The notes: generated by a model not told the origin, from the letters alone. A stretch of 64,000 bases of DNA from Arenicellales bacterium (GCA_965213865.1 OZ243928.1:1706945-1770944), one strand, 5' to 3'; shown: positions 49,047 through 58,649, counted from the first letter of the stretch. A program made the numbers and translations.

Positions 49047-50597
49047 ATGCCCGAGACCAGACGCTTAGGGGGCCGCGCCGCCAGAAAAGCCATTCGAGCC
49101 GCGCCTTTAGCCGAAGAAGATAAAGCCGTTCGGCCGGGCATGCGCGGCGGGCGATTTGCGCCGCTGACTGATGCTGACATCATCGCAGTCAATGATGCGG
49201 TGATGGATGTGCTCGAAAATATCGGCCTGTCACAGGCGATTCCGTCATGCATTGAGCTGGTCACGCAGGCCGGCGGCCAGTACACGCCCGAAGCCAGACT
49301 GACTTTCCCGCGATCTTTGGTTGAGGACACGATTGCCGAAGCCTGTCGGGATTATGTTCTGTGCGGACGCGACCCTCGACACGATTTGGAACTTACCGAC
49401 ACGCGAGTTTATTTCGGCACCGCCGGGGCTGCTGTCCATGTGGTCGATCTTGAGACGCGCAAATACCGCGAGTCCACCCTGAAAGACTTGTACGATATCG
49501 CGAGAATCGTCGATCAGATGGAGCATATTCATTTCTTCCAGCGCCCATTGGTGTGTCGGGATATGGAAATTCCGTATGAAATGGATCTGAACACCTGCTA
49601 TGCATGTATCACCGGCACCTCAAAACATATCGGTTCAAGCTGGGTTTTGCCTGAGCATCTGGACACATCAGTTGAGATGCTGCATATTGTTGCCGGGGGA
49701 GAGAAGCAGTGGCGTGAGCGGCCCTTCGTCAGCTGCTCGTCTTGTTTTGTGGTGCCGCCGCTGCGTTTTGCAGAAGATGCCTGTGCGGTGCTTGAGCAGT
49801 CGGTGCGAGCGGGCATGCCAGTACTGCTGCTGGCGGCCGGACAGGCGGGCGCAACGAGTCCGGCATCACTGGCCGGTGCGGTAGTGCAGGAAACCGCTGA
49901 GACGCTTGCCGGTCTGGTTTATGTCAATGCAATCAAGAAAAAACACCCCGCGATTCTCGGCATTTGGCCGTTTGTCTCAGACTTGCGGACCGGGGCCATG
50001 AGCGGCGGCAGCGGCGAGCAGGCGGTGCTGATGGCCGCCTGCGGTCAGATGGGACGCTATTATGACCTGCCCACTGGCATTGCGGCGGGGATGGCAGATT
50101 CCAAACTGCCTGACTCACAGTCCGGGTTCGAGAAGGGCTATACCACAACTTTAGCCGGACATTCTGGCGCCAACATGGTCTATGAGGCCGCTGGCATGCA
50201 TGCCAGTCTGCTGGGTGTCAGTCTGGAAAGCTTTGTTGTCGACAACGACATGCTCGGCGCTGTCAATCGATCCATTCGCGGCATTGAGATTAATGATCAG
50301 TCGCTGTCCACGGAGGTTATGCGTGACGTTTGTATTGGCGGTCCAAGCCATTTTTTAGGTCATGATCAGACGATGGCCTTGATGCAGAAAGATTATGTTT
50401 ACCCCGATGTCGGCGATCGCACCAGTCCCAAAGAATGGGCGGAGCGCGGCTCAACCGACGTGATACAAAAAGCGCAGCTGCGCGTCGACGAGATCTTATC
50501 GAATCATTTCCCGCGCTACGTCGATGATGCCACTGATGCGCTGCTTCGAGAGCAATTCCCGATTCGGCTGCCTAGAGAGCTGATGTCGCCCGGATGA
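49047..50597 (+). CDS. Trimethylamine methyltransferase (MttB) superfamily, non-pyrrolysine
   Basis: GATSPASLAGAVVQ, SDLRTGAMSGG, DSKLPDSQSGFEK, YEAAG. No in-frame TAG. Confidence 0.87.
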   Translation: MPETRRLGGRAARKAIRAAPLAEEDKAVRPGMRGGRFAPLTDADIIAVNDAVMDVLENIGLSQAIPSCIELVTQAGGQYTPEARLTFPRSLVEDTIAEACRDYVLCGRDPRHDLELTDTRVYFGTAGAAVHVVDLETRKYRESTLKDLYDIARIVDQMEHIHFFQRPLVCRDMEIPYEMDLNTCYACITGTSKHIGSSWVLPEHLDTSVEMLHIVAGGEKQWRERPFVSCSSCFVVPPLRFAEDACAVLEQSVRAGMPVLLLAAGQAGATSPASLAGAVVQETAETLAGLVYVNAIKKKHPAILGIWPFVSDLRTGAMSGGSGEQAVLMAACGQMGRYYDLPTGIAAGMADSKLPDSQSGFEKGYTTTLAGHSGANMVYEAAGMHASLLGVSLESFVVDNDMLGAVNRSIRGIEINDQSLSTEVMRDVCIGGPSHFLGHDQTMALMQKDYVYPDVGDRTSPKEWAERGSTDVIQKAQLRVDEILSNHFPRYVDDATDALLREQFPIRLPRELMSPG

Positions 50598-50641
50598 GTG
50601 GCGCAGCGGTGCGAATCTGCACCGCCTGTTGATCGCTGAGA

Positions 50642-52162
50642 TCAAGGGTTGAAGCGTGGAAATCTCGCCATTTGTGCCATTTCGTCGCAATTCTGATGAG
50701 TGCGCACATAGGACTGCGCAGCATCTTTCAGCGGCTGATAGTCCCAGGCAACACCGGGATTGTGCCGCGCTGCTGCCTGCACCAGAAGCCTCGATTGCTG
50801 ATCGGCAATGATGTCCTGTCGAGTTCTTTCCAAGTCCCATCTGGCATGAACCTCGCTGGCAAATGACTTGACGATGCTTTGATGCGATGGCTGCGGCGCC
50901 AGATTATTGAGCTCGTCGGGGTCATCGACAAGATTGAACAGCATCGGCGGGTCGATTTCGCAGTGAATGTATTTCAGAGGGCCGCGCCGGAGCATCACCA
51001 TCGGATGAGAAGTGCATTCGGCTGAATACTGGCTGACCACAGTGCGATCGGAACAGTCGCCATTCTCGGTGAGCAGATTGCACAGGCTGTGTCCATCAAG
51101 TTGGTCCGATGCGGTTCCTGCGCCGTCCGCGGCAAGTTCCACTAAAGTGGGCAGCAGATCAACTGTTGAGCACACGCTGGGAATCGCTGCGCTGCGGATG
51201 CCGGGTCCTGCGATGATCAGCGGCACTCGTGCGGCTTGCTCGAAAAAGCACATTTTGTACCACAGCCCGCGTTCGCCGAGCATATCGCCGTGATCTGCGG
51301 TGAACACCACAATGGTTTTCTCCAGCAGGCGGGTTTTCTCCAGCGTATCAATGAACTGTCCAAGCCAGTCATCCACGTAGGAGGTGTTGGCATAGTAGGC
51401 TTGTCTTGCCTGGCGGATCAAGCATTCTGCGGGCGGATCAACATCGGCCTGCATGCCTGAAATGAGCCGCTGAGTGTGCGGGTCCGCAGACGCTGAATCG
51501 AGATTTATGCGCGGCAAGTCGATTTCCTTTTCTGCATACAGGTCCCACCACTTTGAGCGTGCGACGTAAGGATCATGCGGATGGGTGAATGAAGCCACCA
51601 TGAAGAATGGAGCTGAATCGGGATTGCGGGCGTAGTCGTAGAGCTTGCGGATGCCATGAAATCCTGTTTCATCGTCAAACTCAAGCTGAAAAGTCATTTC
51701 AGCATGACCTGCTTCTCGCACCGAACTCATGTTGTGATAAAAGTCGTCATTGCGCTCATCGGCAGTTTCCCAGTTGGGTGTGAACGCGTAATCGGCTGGA
51801 TAGATGTCGGTGGTCAGCCGTTCGGAAAAGCCGTGCAGCTGATCCGGGCCGACAAAGTGCATTTTTCCAGTCAGGCAGCTTTGGTATCCGATACGAGCGA
51901 GGTAGTGACAGACTGTCGGAATCGCAGAAGAGAATTCTGCGGCGTTGTCGTAGGCCCGAATACGCCACGGCAATTGTCCTGCCAGCATCGAAAATCGGGC
52001 TGGGGCACACTGTGGATAGGGCGTATAGGCTGCATCGAAGCGGCAGCCTCGCTCTGCCAGCCGATTCATGTGGGGCGTCTGAACGATGCGATGACCATAG
52101 GCGCCGGTGTAATGCGGCGCCAGCTGGTCTACCATCAGCACTAGAATATTCGGCGATTTCAT
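50642..52162 (-). CDS. betC: Choline-sulfatase
   Basis: PNILVLMVDQL, CAPAR, GKMHFVGPDQLHGF, SFTHPHDPY, DHGDMLGERGLWYKM. Confidence 0.88.
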   Translation of the reverse strand: MKSPNILVLMVDQLAPHYTGAYGHRIVQTPHMNRLAERGCRFDAAYTPYPQCAPARFSMLAGQLPWRIRAYDNAAEFSSAIPTVCHYLARIGYQSCLTGKMHFVGPDQLHGFSERLTTDIYPADYAFTPNWETADERNDDFYHNMSSVREAGHAEMTFQLEFDDETGFHGIRKLYDYARNPDSAPFFMVASFTHPHDPYVARSKWWDLYAEKEIDLPRINLDSASADPHTQRLISGMQADVDPPAECLIRQARQAYYANTSYVDDWLGQFIDTLEKTRLLEKTIVVFTADHGDMLGERGLWYKMCFFEQAARVPLIIAGPGIRSAAIPSVCSTVDLLPTLVELAADGAGTASDQLDGHSLCNLLTENGDCSDRTVVSQYSAECTSHPMVMLRRGPLKYIHCEIDPPMLFNLVDDPDELNNLAPQPSHQSIVKSFASEVHARWDLERTRQDIIADQQSRLLVQAAARHNPGVAWDYQPLKDAAQSYVRTHQNCDEMAQMARFPRFNP

Positions 52163-52473
52163 TGATTGATGCATTCCGTACAAGAAAATTGGAATTGTAC
52201 CTGATAAGCAGCCGCAGGCTTGCGCATCTTCACCCGCAATCACACCGGGCAGAAATTCAGTCTCTGCCGGACGTGGATTGCAGTTTTTGGCAAGAGTTTC
52301 AGCAGGCAATCAAGTGGCTTGTGCATTTTTTCAAGACAGAATGCTGTCCAGATAATCAAGGTGTGGAAGCGGCATGGCGCAGGCAATTCAGCGTTGCGAG
52401 AATCTGCAAGCAGGTACAATGAATTCCACACATTGAAACACCTGAAATTTTTCCACCTGAGTCCAATGCGAAT

Positions 52474-53361
52474 ATGAATCAAGAAGTTGTCATCACCTGT
52501 GCAGTAACAGGTTCTGGAGAGACGCAGCACAAGCATCCTGATCTGCCGATTACACCGCAGCAGATCGCCGATGCCTGCATTGAGGCTGCCAACGCTGGCG
52601 CCGCGATCGTGCATATTCATGTGCGCGACCCGCAGACCGGCGCCGGCGCGCGCGATCACGAGTCCTTCACCGAAGTCGTGCACCGGGTCCGCGCGAGCGG
52701 CATTGATGTTGTGATCAACCTGACGACCGGCATGGGCGGTGACTATGTGGTTGGCGAGCACAATCCGACAGAGCCCGGCGAGGGAACTGATTTCGTATTG
52801 CCGCTGGAGAGAGTCAGTCATATTGACAGCCTGCTGCCAGAAATCTGCTCGCTTGATTGCGGCACCATGAATTTTGGCGATGGCAATCTGCTTATGGTCA
52901 ATACGCCCGATCATCTGCGCATTGCCGCGAGGCATATTCAGAAGACTGGGATCAAGCCTGAGTTGGAAGTGTTTGACACCGGTCATGTCTGGATGGCAAA
53001 CCGCATGGTTGAGGAGGGCTTGATCGATGAGCCGCCGCTTTATCAGATTTGTCTCGGCATTCCCTACGGCGCGCCGGCGACGACCGCGGCGATGAAGGCG
53101 ATGTGTGAGATGCTGCCGGCAGGCGCCAATTGGACGGCGTTTGGCATCAGTCGCCATCAGATGCCCATGGCGGCGCAGGCAGTTTTGCTCGGGGGACATG
53201 TCAGAGTTGGATTGGAAGACAACCTGTATTTGAAAAAGGGAGAGTTTGCCACCAACGGCCAGCTGGTCGAAAAGGCAGTCAGTATTGTAGAGATGCTCGG
53301 CGCTCAAGTTGCGAGTCCACAAACGGCGCGCGAGAAGTTCAAGCTGACCAAGCAGATCTAG
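52474..53361 (+). CDS. 3-keto-5-aminohexanoate cleavage (BKACE) family enzyme, CdhC-like
   Basis: IITCAVTG, HIHVRDP, SLDCGTMNFG, ELEVFD, VRVGLEDN. Confidence 0.87.
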   Translation: MNQEVVITCAVTGSGETQHKHPDLPITPQQIADACIEAANAGAAIVHIHVRDPQTGAGARDHESFTEVVHRVRASGIDVVINLTTGMGGDYVVGEHNPTEPGEGTDFVLPLERVSHIDSLLPEICSLDCGTMNFGDGNLLMVNTPDHLRIAARHIQKTGIKPELEVFDTGHVWMANRMVEEGLIDEPPLYQICLGIPYGAPATTAAMKAMCEMLPAGANWTAFGISRHQMPMAAQAVLLGGHVRVGLEDNLYLKKGEFATNGQLVEKAVSIVEMLGAQVASPQTAREKFKLTKQI

Positions 53362-53407
53362 CCTGCTTGTGCTGAATGTGAAACGCTGATTCTGCTGCCG
53401 CCCGATG

Positions 53408-53560
53408 ATTGATGCGCATGGGCTGCAAACGACTGCGGGCAGTCGCAAGGCATTCGACTGCTACGAGCAGGCGGTTGATGAGATGCTGCGCCTTTTGCCT
53501 GTCTGCGAGTCGACCGCTGAGACAGCTGTCAATGAATACTGCAATTTCCCGATGGCACAC
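53408..53560 (+). pseudogene. 5' stub of a TTC38-like TPR protein
   Basis: IDAHGLQTTAGS...YEQAVD...F.MAH resembles the N-terminus of bacterial TTC38-like proteins as recalled; similarity ends after MAH. Confidence 0.45.
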
Positions 53561-53694
53561 TCATCCACACTGCCGATCGCATCGCCAGCCTGCCCCATCA
53601 GGTCCATGAGCTCCTCAAAACGACACTCCATCGCCGGGTGCCCGTCCGTAAACCGGTTCAATCTCGCCCGCCTTTCTGATACCGGCTGACTCAT
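53560..53694 (-). pseudogene. 5' stub of an unidentified gene on the opposite strand
   Basis: MSQPVSERRARLNRFTDGHPAMECRFEELMDLMGQAGDAIGSV looks coding and runs head-on into the TPR stub. Confidence 0.3.
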
Positions 53695-53918
53695 TGCGCA
53701 AAACCTATCGCGGGTGAATATTGTCCCTATACCCTAAACGTTGCGCTTCACTTTCAATCGCACCCAAAAATACGCAAAATGCGTGATTTTTCGTATAAAA
53801 TCATGCATGGAAGAATAAGATTAAATAACATTGAATATGGCTGGACCGGTGACGGCGCAAAGCCAAAGCATATTTCGGAAAAGAAGATAGCAGCAACCAA
53901 GCCTGAAAGGAGCAAACC

Positions 53919-54669
53919 ATGAAATTCAAAAAAGCGTTTACCCCCCCCTTACAAGCTAGCAGTACTCACTGCCGCGCTGGCGGCCCTGACCATGATCCCG
54001 CCGGCGTGGGCACAACAGATGCTGCCGGAAATCAGCATAGATTATGCGGACGGCGTCAGTGAAACTCAGGCCTTTGCCGAAACCATCGTTCAGCCCTGCA
54101 ACAACACCGCCAGGGGCGGCCTGCCGGTCCAGATCCGGGCCAGCCGTCCCGCCAACGGCGTGACGGTCAATACCATGGCTTTCACCGTCTCCGGTTATGA
54201 CCGGCTTCGGGACCATGGCGTGCCCCCCTATGTCGACCCAAGTGCTCAGAATGGAGGACCCGTTGTCTACCGCCCCAGCGGCGCCGCGACCTATACGGGC
54301 AATTCAACGGGATGGTTTCGACTGAACCAGTTTAGCGGCGGCAGGGGAAGTCCCTGCTTCCCGAACGACGTCCTCATCACCGACGACACTGTCATTGAGG
54401 TCGTGCTGATGCCCGGCAATGGCTACACGATCAACCCGGACATGCGGTCGGTTCGGCTCACTGTTGAGGATGACAGCGAAGAGGCATGCGATAACTTAGA
54501 GGAAATTGGCCGAAGAGCTATGTCAAGCAATGCGCCGCTCTTGTACAAGGTGCGGAACGGCAACCTCAACGATACCTGCATCTGTGCAACCGAAGCCCAG
54601 GTGGACAAGTACCGACTGAAACCCGAACTGATGTGTGACGATTCACCCTGGCCAGGGTCAGGCAGCTAA
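53919..54669 (+). CDS. Secreted Calx-beta-like protein, frameshifted at a C8 tract in the signal-peptide region
   Basis: AAAGGAG RBS and ATG at 53919; the h-region YKLAVLTAALAALTMIPPAWA lies in the 53992 frame. VVLMPGNGYTINP...VRLTVEDD resembles the end of a Calx-beta domain; 6 Cys. Confidence 0.68.
53941..53948 (+). repeat. C8 homopolymer in the leader
   Basis: Read directly from the sequence. Confidence 0.95.
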
Positions 54670-54686
54670 CCGCACTCAACGAACTG

Positions 54687-54715
54687 AAAAGGGCGGTATT
54701 GCGACCGCCCTTTTT
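54687..54715 (+). terminator. Intrinsic (possibly bidirectional) terminator
   Basis: AAAAGGGCGGT-ATTGCG-ACCGCCCTTTTT, 17 nt after the stop. Confidence 0.85.
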
Positions 54716-54747
54716 CGGATGCTAAATTACGCCACTTTCGTATATAA

Positions 54748-54930
54748 CTCCCTCAGTTTATATGCATAAATAAAGTTGCTCTGATTTATCCCGCCACCAC
54801 TGAGTTTCAGAAGCCGCTGCCGCCGTTCAAGTTCCAATACGGAAATTTAGAGTTGCTCTGCTTGCCGTTCGATGTCAAAGATCCAAAAAATAGTGTTTGC
54901 ATTGCAATGAATCAGCTGGAAAATGAATAA
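54748..54930 (+). pseudogene. C-terminal remnant of an McrC-family restriction protein
   Basis: KVALIYPATTEFQKPLPPFKF...LLCLPFD, preceded by a frameshifted LYA(Y/stop) trace; no start codon. Confidence 0.55.
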
Positions 54931-54980
54931 TGGAGCCAAAGCGTCGCATTGGAATTCCATTAGCAGCCGAATCCAGTCAT

Positions 54981-56150
54981 CTAGTATCCGGTCATTTCAA
55001 GATAGCCGTTACCCGAAAACCTGTTTGACCCTTCGGTCACTGTCACATCAATCATTCCCTCCCAATAACGGAAAGAGCCATCCCTTTCCTGATTATCTGT
55101 GACTGCGTCGACGCTCAGACTTAAGCCTCTGCTTGGGATCATGATCGACCAGCCGATCGGATATTGAGCCTGGCTTGCATCACTTCGCCAGATTCTTTGC
55201 GGCTTGAATTCGATTTCGTCTAGCTTCAGCACCTCCGTCGTCCCATCGGAGCTGATCAGTATTCCATATTTGAAACTGGGCATATTCGGATCTCGCTTTC
55301 GAACCTGAAACAGCATCATTTCACGATTGTTCTCAAACTGCAGCGAAAACCAATCCCAGCCGGCATCATCATCGCTCAGAACTGCTGAAAACCACTCATG
55401 ATCCATCCAGCTGAAGCCGTGGACATGCACAGACTGGCCGTTGATCTTCATTTCACCGTGAGTAGCCAGGCGGGTCAGTGAGTAGTAATATGAGGCGCTG
55501 TCTGTCGTGCTGCTTTTGCGGCTCAATCCGGCCTCGCCCTGCAGTACAACTGGTTTTTCGCTTTGCAGATGCAAATGAAACGAAAACTCTTCTGAATCTG
55601 CCTTGAGGGTCAAATCAAGGCACCCCTCACAGGCGCCTTCGCGACCTTGGACTTGCCACTTTTCCACCCAAACCCGAAACGGCTGCGCCTGCGAGCCGGA
55701 CAGGTCCAGTGCGCCGCGACCATATTTCTCTGCATGTAAGAGTCGGTTTCCGGCCGCGTCCGTAATGCCAATATGGGCTAGATAAATCTGATCGCTTGCC
55801 CAATTGGATTCCAGCTGCGCCTGGTCAGCTCCAGTTGATCGTCTGAAAATGGTGAATTGATACCCGTAGCGCCGCTTGTCACTGCCAAAGACATTGCCGG
55901 TGAAATACCACCATTCTGATTCAAATTCCAGATGGGGGCCATGGTCTTGCGGAAACTTGAATGTGCGAATTTCTTTCACTTGAGCGAAAGTCTTCTCTGC
56001 ACTGCCTTGCAAGAAATCACCAATGGATGCGGTCTCTTGCGTGTATGCATCAGTTCGCTCTGCATCTGATTCAGAAACTTTCAACGCCATCGCAGCAACT
56101 GTTCCGATGACAGTCAGCACCAGCAGCACTGGCAGTGCTTTGCGGTACAT
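54981..56150 (-). CDS. AttH/lipocalin-like (carotenoid hydratase-like) protein
   Basis: FPQDHGPH, EWWYFTGN, WMDHEW, GWDWF, YWEG, GYLEMTGY. Confidence 0.82.
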   Translation of the reverse strand: MYRKALPVLLVLTVIGTVAAMALKVSESDAERTDAYTQETASIGDFLQGSAEKTFAQVKEIRTFKFPQDHGPHLEFESEWWYFTGNVFGSDKRRYGYQFTIFRRSTGADQAQLESNWASDQIYLAHIGITDAAGNRLLHAEKYGRGALDLSGSQAQPFRVWVEKWQVQGREGACEGCLDLTLKADSEEFSFHLHLQSEKPVVLQGEAGLSRKSSTTDSASYYYSLTRLATHGEMKINGQSVHVHGFSWMDHEWFSAVLSDDDAGWDWFSLQFENNREMMLFQVRKRDPNMPSFKYGILISSDGTTEVLKLDEIEFKPQRIWRSDASQAQYPIGWSIMIPSRGLSLSVDAVTDNQERDGSFRYWEGMIDVTVTEGSNRFSGNGYLEMTGY

Positions 56151-58645
56151 CAGTCGCTGTACGCCGGCTTTCTGGCGACTTTTGTGGATAGAAAGTAGGC
56201 TGGAATCAAGCCGGCCAGCAGTGCGGACCCGCTGGCCAGCAAAACCGCATCGCTGAGCAGTGCGGGGTCAATGATCAGCTGCATTGTCCAGCCGAAGGAG
56301 CGCTGATTGATAACCCAGATCAGCAGCCATGACAGCATCAGTCCGACTGGAATCGACAGCAGGCCGGCAAACAGTCCCATAAAAAACGATTCAATACTCG
56401 CCGAGCTCCAAATCTGTCTCGCGGTAAAGCCAATCGCATGCTGCACCTGCAGTTCCCGGACGCGATCAATCTGCATCATTGCCAAGACCGCAAGAACGGC
56501 AATGACGGCAACAATCACGGCCAGCACGCGAAGTACGGCAGTGATCGCAAAGGTTTGATCGAACACATTCATTGTTTCGTCGCGCAGGCTGCGGGCATTC
56601 CAGATTTGGGTATCCTGTGTCGAGAAGATTTTCGCAACAGCTGATTGCACGGCGCTCAAGTCTGCACCATCTTGCAGGAAGAGCGCCACTGAATTTATCG
56701 TGTCGTCTTCAAAGTGCGCCAGATAAACGTCACGATGCATAGAGATCACACCGCGGTCTGAGCTGTAGTCGTGGTAAATCCCCAGCACCGGCAGCCGCGC
56801 AGTTGCTCGCGGCGTGGAGTATTCCAGTACATCCCCGATGGATACGCCATGGTGCCAGGCGTAGGGTTCGCTGACGATAATGCCATCATTCTGGAAGCGA
56901 TTCCAAATGAGCGGCGCCTGTTCCTTGAATTGGTAGCCATCAAACGCCTGCTTGCTGTAGTCTACTGCAAAGGCTCTGACCTTGTTATTCGATTCCTGCA
57001 GCCAGGTCCAGTTCGCGACTCCCACAAACTGCATCTCAGGGATGGCTCGCAGCTGTGCGATTTCTGCATCGGTGAAGCTCGCGCCATAGCCGCGCGTCGA
57101 CACATAAAAGTCTGCCCGCAGCCGGTCGGTCACCCAGCCGTCGACGGCGATGCGAAAACTGTGGATCATTGCGCCTACGCCTATGGTGGCTGAAATCGCA
57201 ATGCATAGCGCACAAATCGCAACGGAAGTTCTGCCGCCGGACAGGACCAATGCGCGACTCGCCAGTACCCCGCGCGCACCGAAGATGCGCTTGGCGCCAG
57301 CGCGTGCCGCGCTCCCCAGCCATTTGCAAAAAACTGGGACAAGGCACATGTAGGCAGCGATGAAAAAGTAAATGCCGATGAAACCAGCTGCGACGCCAGT
57401 AGCATTGAGGCGTAATGTCATCGCCCCCAAGAGACTGAAGCCGGCACAGGCAGCGGCTGCGAGACCAAAGCGACTGCGCGGTGCAGCGCTGCCGATGCGA
57501 TAGGATCCGAAAGAAGGCTGAATGATTCGTGTCATCTGCAATGCAGGCAACGTTGCAATCAGTGTCGCCGCGATGCCGATGCCGGCAACAATCAGGATAT
57601 TTGCAGTCGAGATGATGGGTATTTCTGCCCGAATCGGGAAATAAAGATTGGCAATCGATCGCTCGACCATGGCGAGGAGTGTCTCGGCAAGCTCAATGCC
57701 AGCAATGATGCCGATGACCGAGGCTGCAGCCCCCAAACACAGTGCCTCAAGTGCAAGCGCTGCCACAGCTTGGCGATGCGTGACACCAACCGCTTGCAGA
57801 AGTGCGATGCTGGTCTGACGCCGCATCACTAGAAAAGTCATGGTGTTGTAGAGGAGAAACAAGGCGACAAGCAAGGTCAGCAGACTCATTGCGGTCAGAT
57901 TGGTTTCGAATGCTTGGGTGACCGAAGCAATCGACTGTCTGCGGCTGTTTTGCCCGTTCATGCGAACGCTTTCGGGAAGGATGCTTTCGACAGCCAGGAT
58001 ATCCTCTGCATTCTCAAGCTGCAGCTGAACTGACGAGAGCTGCCCTCGCATATTCAAAATAGTCTGTGCAACCGCGATATCGGTGAGCAAGATGCCAGTC
58101 AGTGACTGCTCTTCAATCGGGCTGCTCGTCTCAAGCACGGCGGTCAATGCAACTTCATAAGTTTGTCGTCCGTATCGTACTGCAATGCGCTGGCCTAGTT
58201 CGATTCCGAGTTGCTCAAGCGTTTGAGGAGTGGCAAAAGCGCTGAAGGCATGATCGAAAAGCTCCATCACGTTTTCGGATGCCATGCGGTTCGTATCGGT
58301 CTGACCCTGGAACTGGAGGTTGGCAATTGGATCAATCCCCACGATCGTGGCCGACTGACCTGTCGCTGCGATGAGAACCTGGCCGCGTACGATGGGCTGC
58401 ATTGGATAGGGGAGGGAAAGTTTCAGCGCTTGATACAGATCATCGCTCACATTGTCGGTGATGATGTGGGTTGCAGATTCTTCGATTGCGCCGGCCGCTG
58501 CAATGAAACTTGTGCGAGCGCTGTGATTTGCGACGTTCACGGCGACAATGGCAGCGATGCCGAGCGCGACGCCGAGCACCGACAGGGTCGATTGCAAAGG
58601 AGAGCGGATGACCTCCCTCAGCCAGGCGACTAGAACGAGCTTCAA
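56150..58645 (-). CDS. ABC transporter permease (duplicated MacB/FtsX domains)
   Basis: Two GVALG/FtsX-type halves; INQRSFGWT near the C-terminus. Confidence 0.85.
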   Translation of the reverse strand: MKLVLVAWLREVIRSPLQSTLSVLGVALGIAAIVAVNVANHSARTSFIAAAGAIEESATHIITDNVSDDLYQALKLSLPYPMQPIVRGQVLIAATGQSATIVGIDPIANLQFQGQTDTNRMASENVMELFDHAFSAFATPQTLEQLGIELGQRIAVRYGRQTYEVALTAVLETSSPIEEQSLTGILLTDIAVAQTILNMRGQLSSVQLQLENAEDILAVESILPESVRMNGQNSRRQSIASVTQAFETNLTAMSLLTLLVALFLLYNTMTFLVMRRQTSIALLQAVGVTHRQAVAALALEALCLGAAASVIGIIAGIELAETLLAMVERSIANLYFPIRAEIPIISTANILIVAGIGIAATLIATLPALQMTRIIQPSFGSYRIGSAAPRSRFGLAAAACAGFSLLGAMTLRLNATGVAAGFIGIYFFIAAYMCLVPVFCKWLGSAARAGAKRIFGARGVLASRALVLSGGRTSVAICALCIAISATIGVGAMIHSFRIAVDGWVTDRLRADFYVSTRGYGASFTDAEIAQLRAIPEMQFVGVANWTWLQESNNKVRAFAVDYSKQAFDGYQFKEQAPLIWNRFQNDGIIVSEPYAWHHGVSIGDVLEYSTPRATARLPVLGIYHDYSSDRGVISMHRDVYLAHFEDDTINSVALFLQDGADLSAVQSAVAKIFSTQDTQIWNARSLRDETMNVFDQTFAITAVLRVLAVIVAVIAVLAVLAMMQIDRVRELQVQHAIGFTARQIWSSASIESFFMGLFAGLLSIPVGLMLSWLLIWVINQRSFGWTMQLIIDPALLSDAVLLASGSALLAGLIPAYFLSTKVARKPAYSD

Positions 58646-58649
58646 CGGA

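Noticed and set aside
49047-50597. Pyrrolysine recoding in the MttB homologue
   Set aside because: The ORF has no in-frame amber codon and no pyl genes are present in the window.
52240-53448. 402-aa minus-strand ORF
   Set aside because: Antisense shadow of the BKACE gene; no recognisable motifs.
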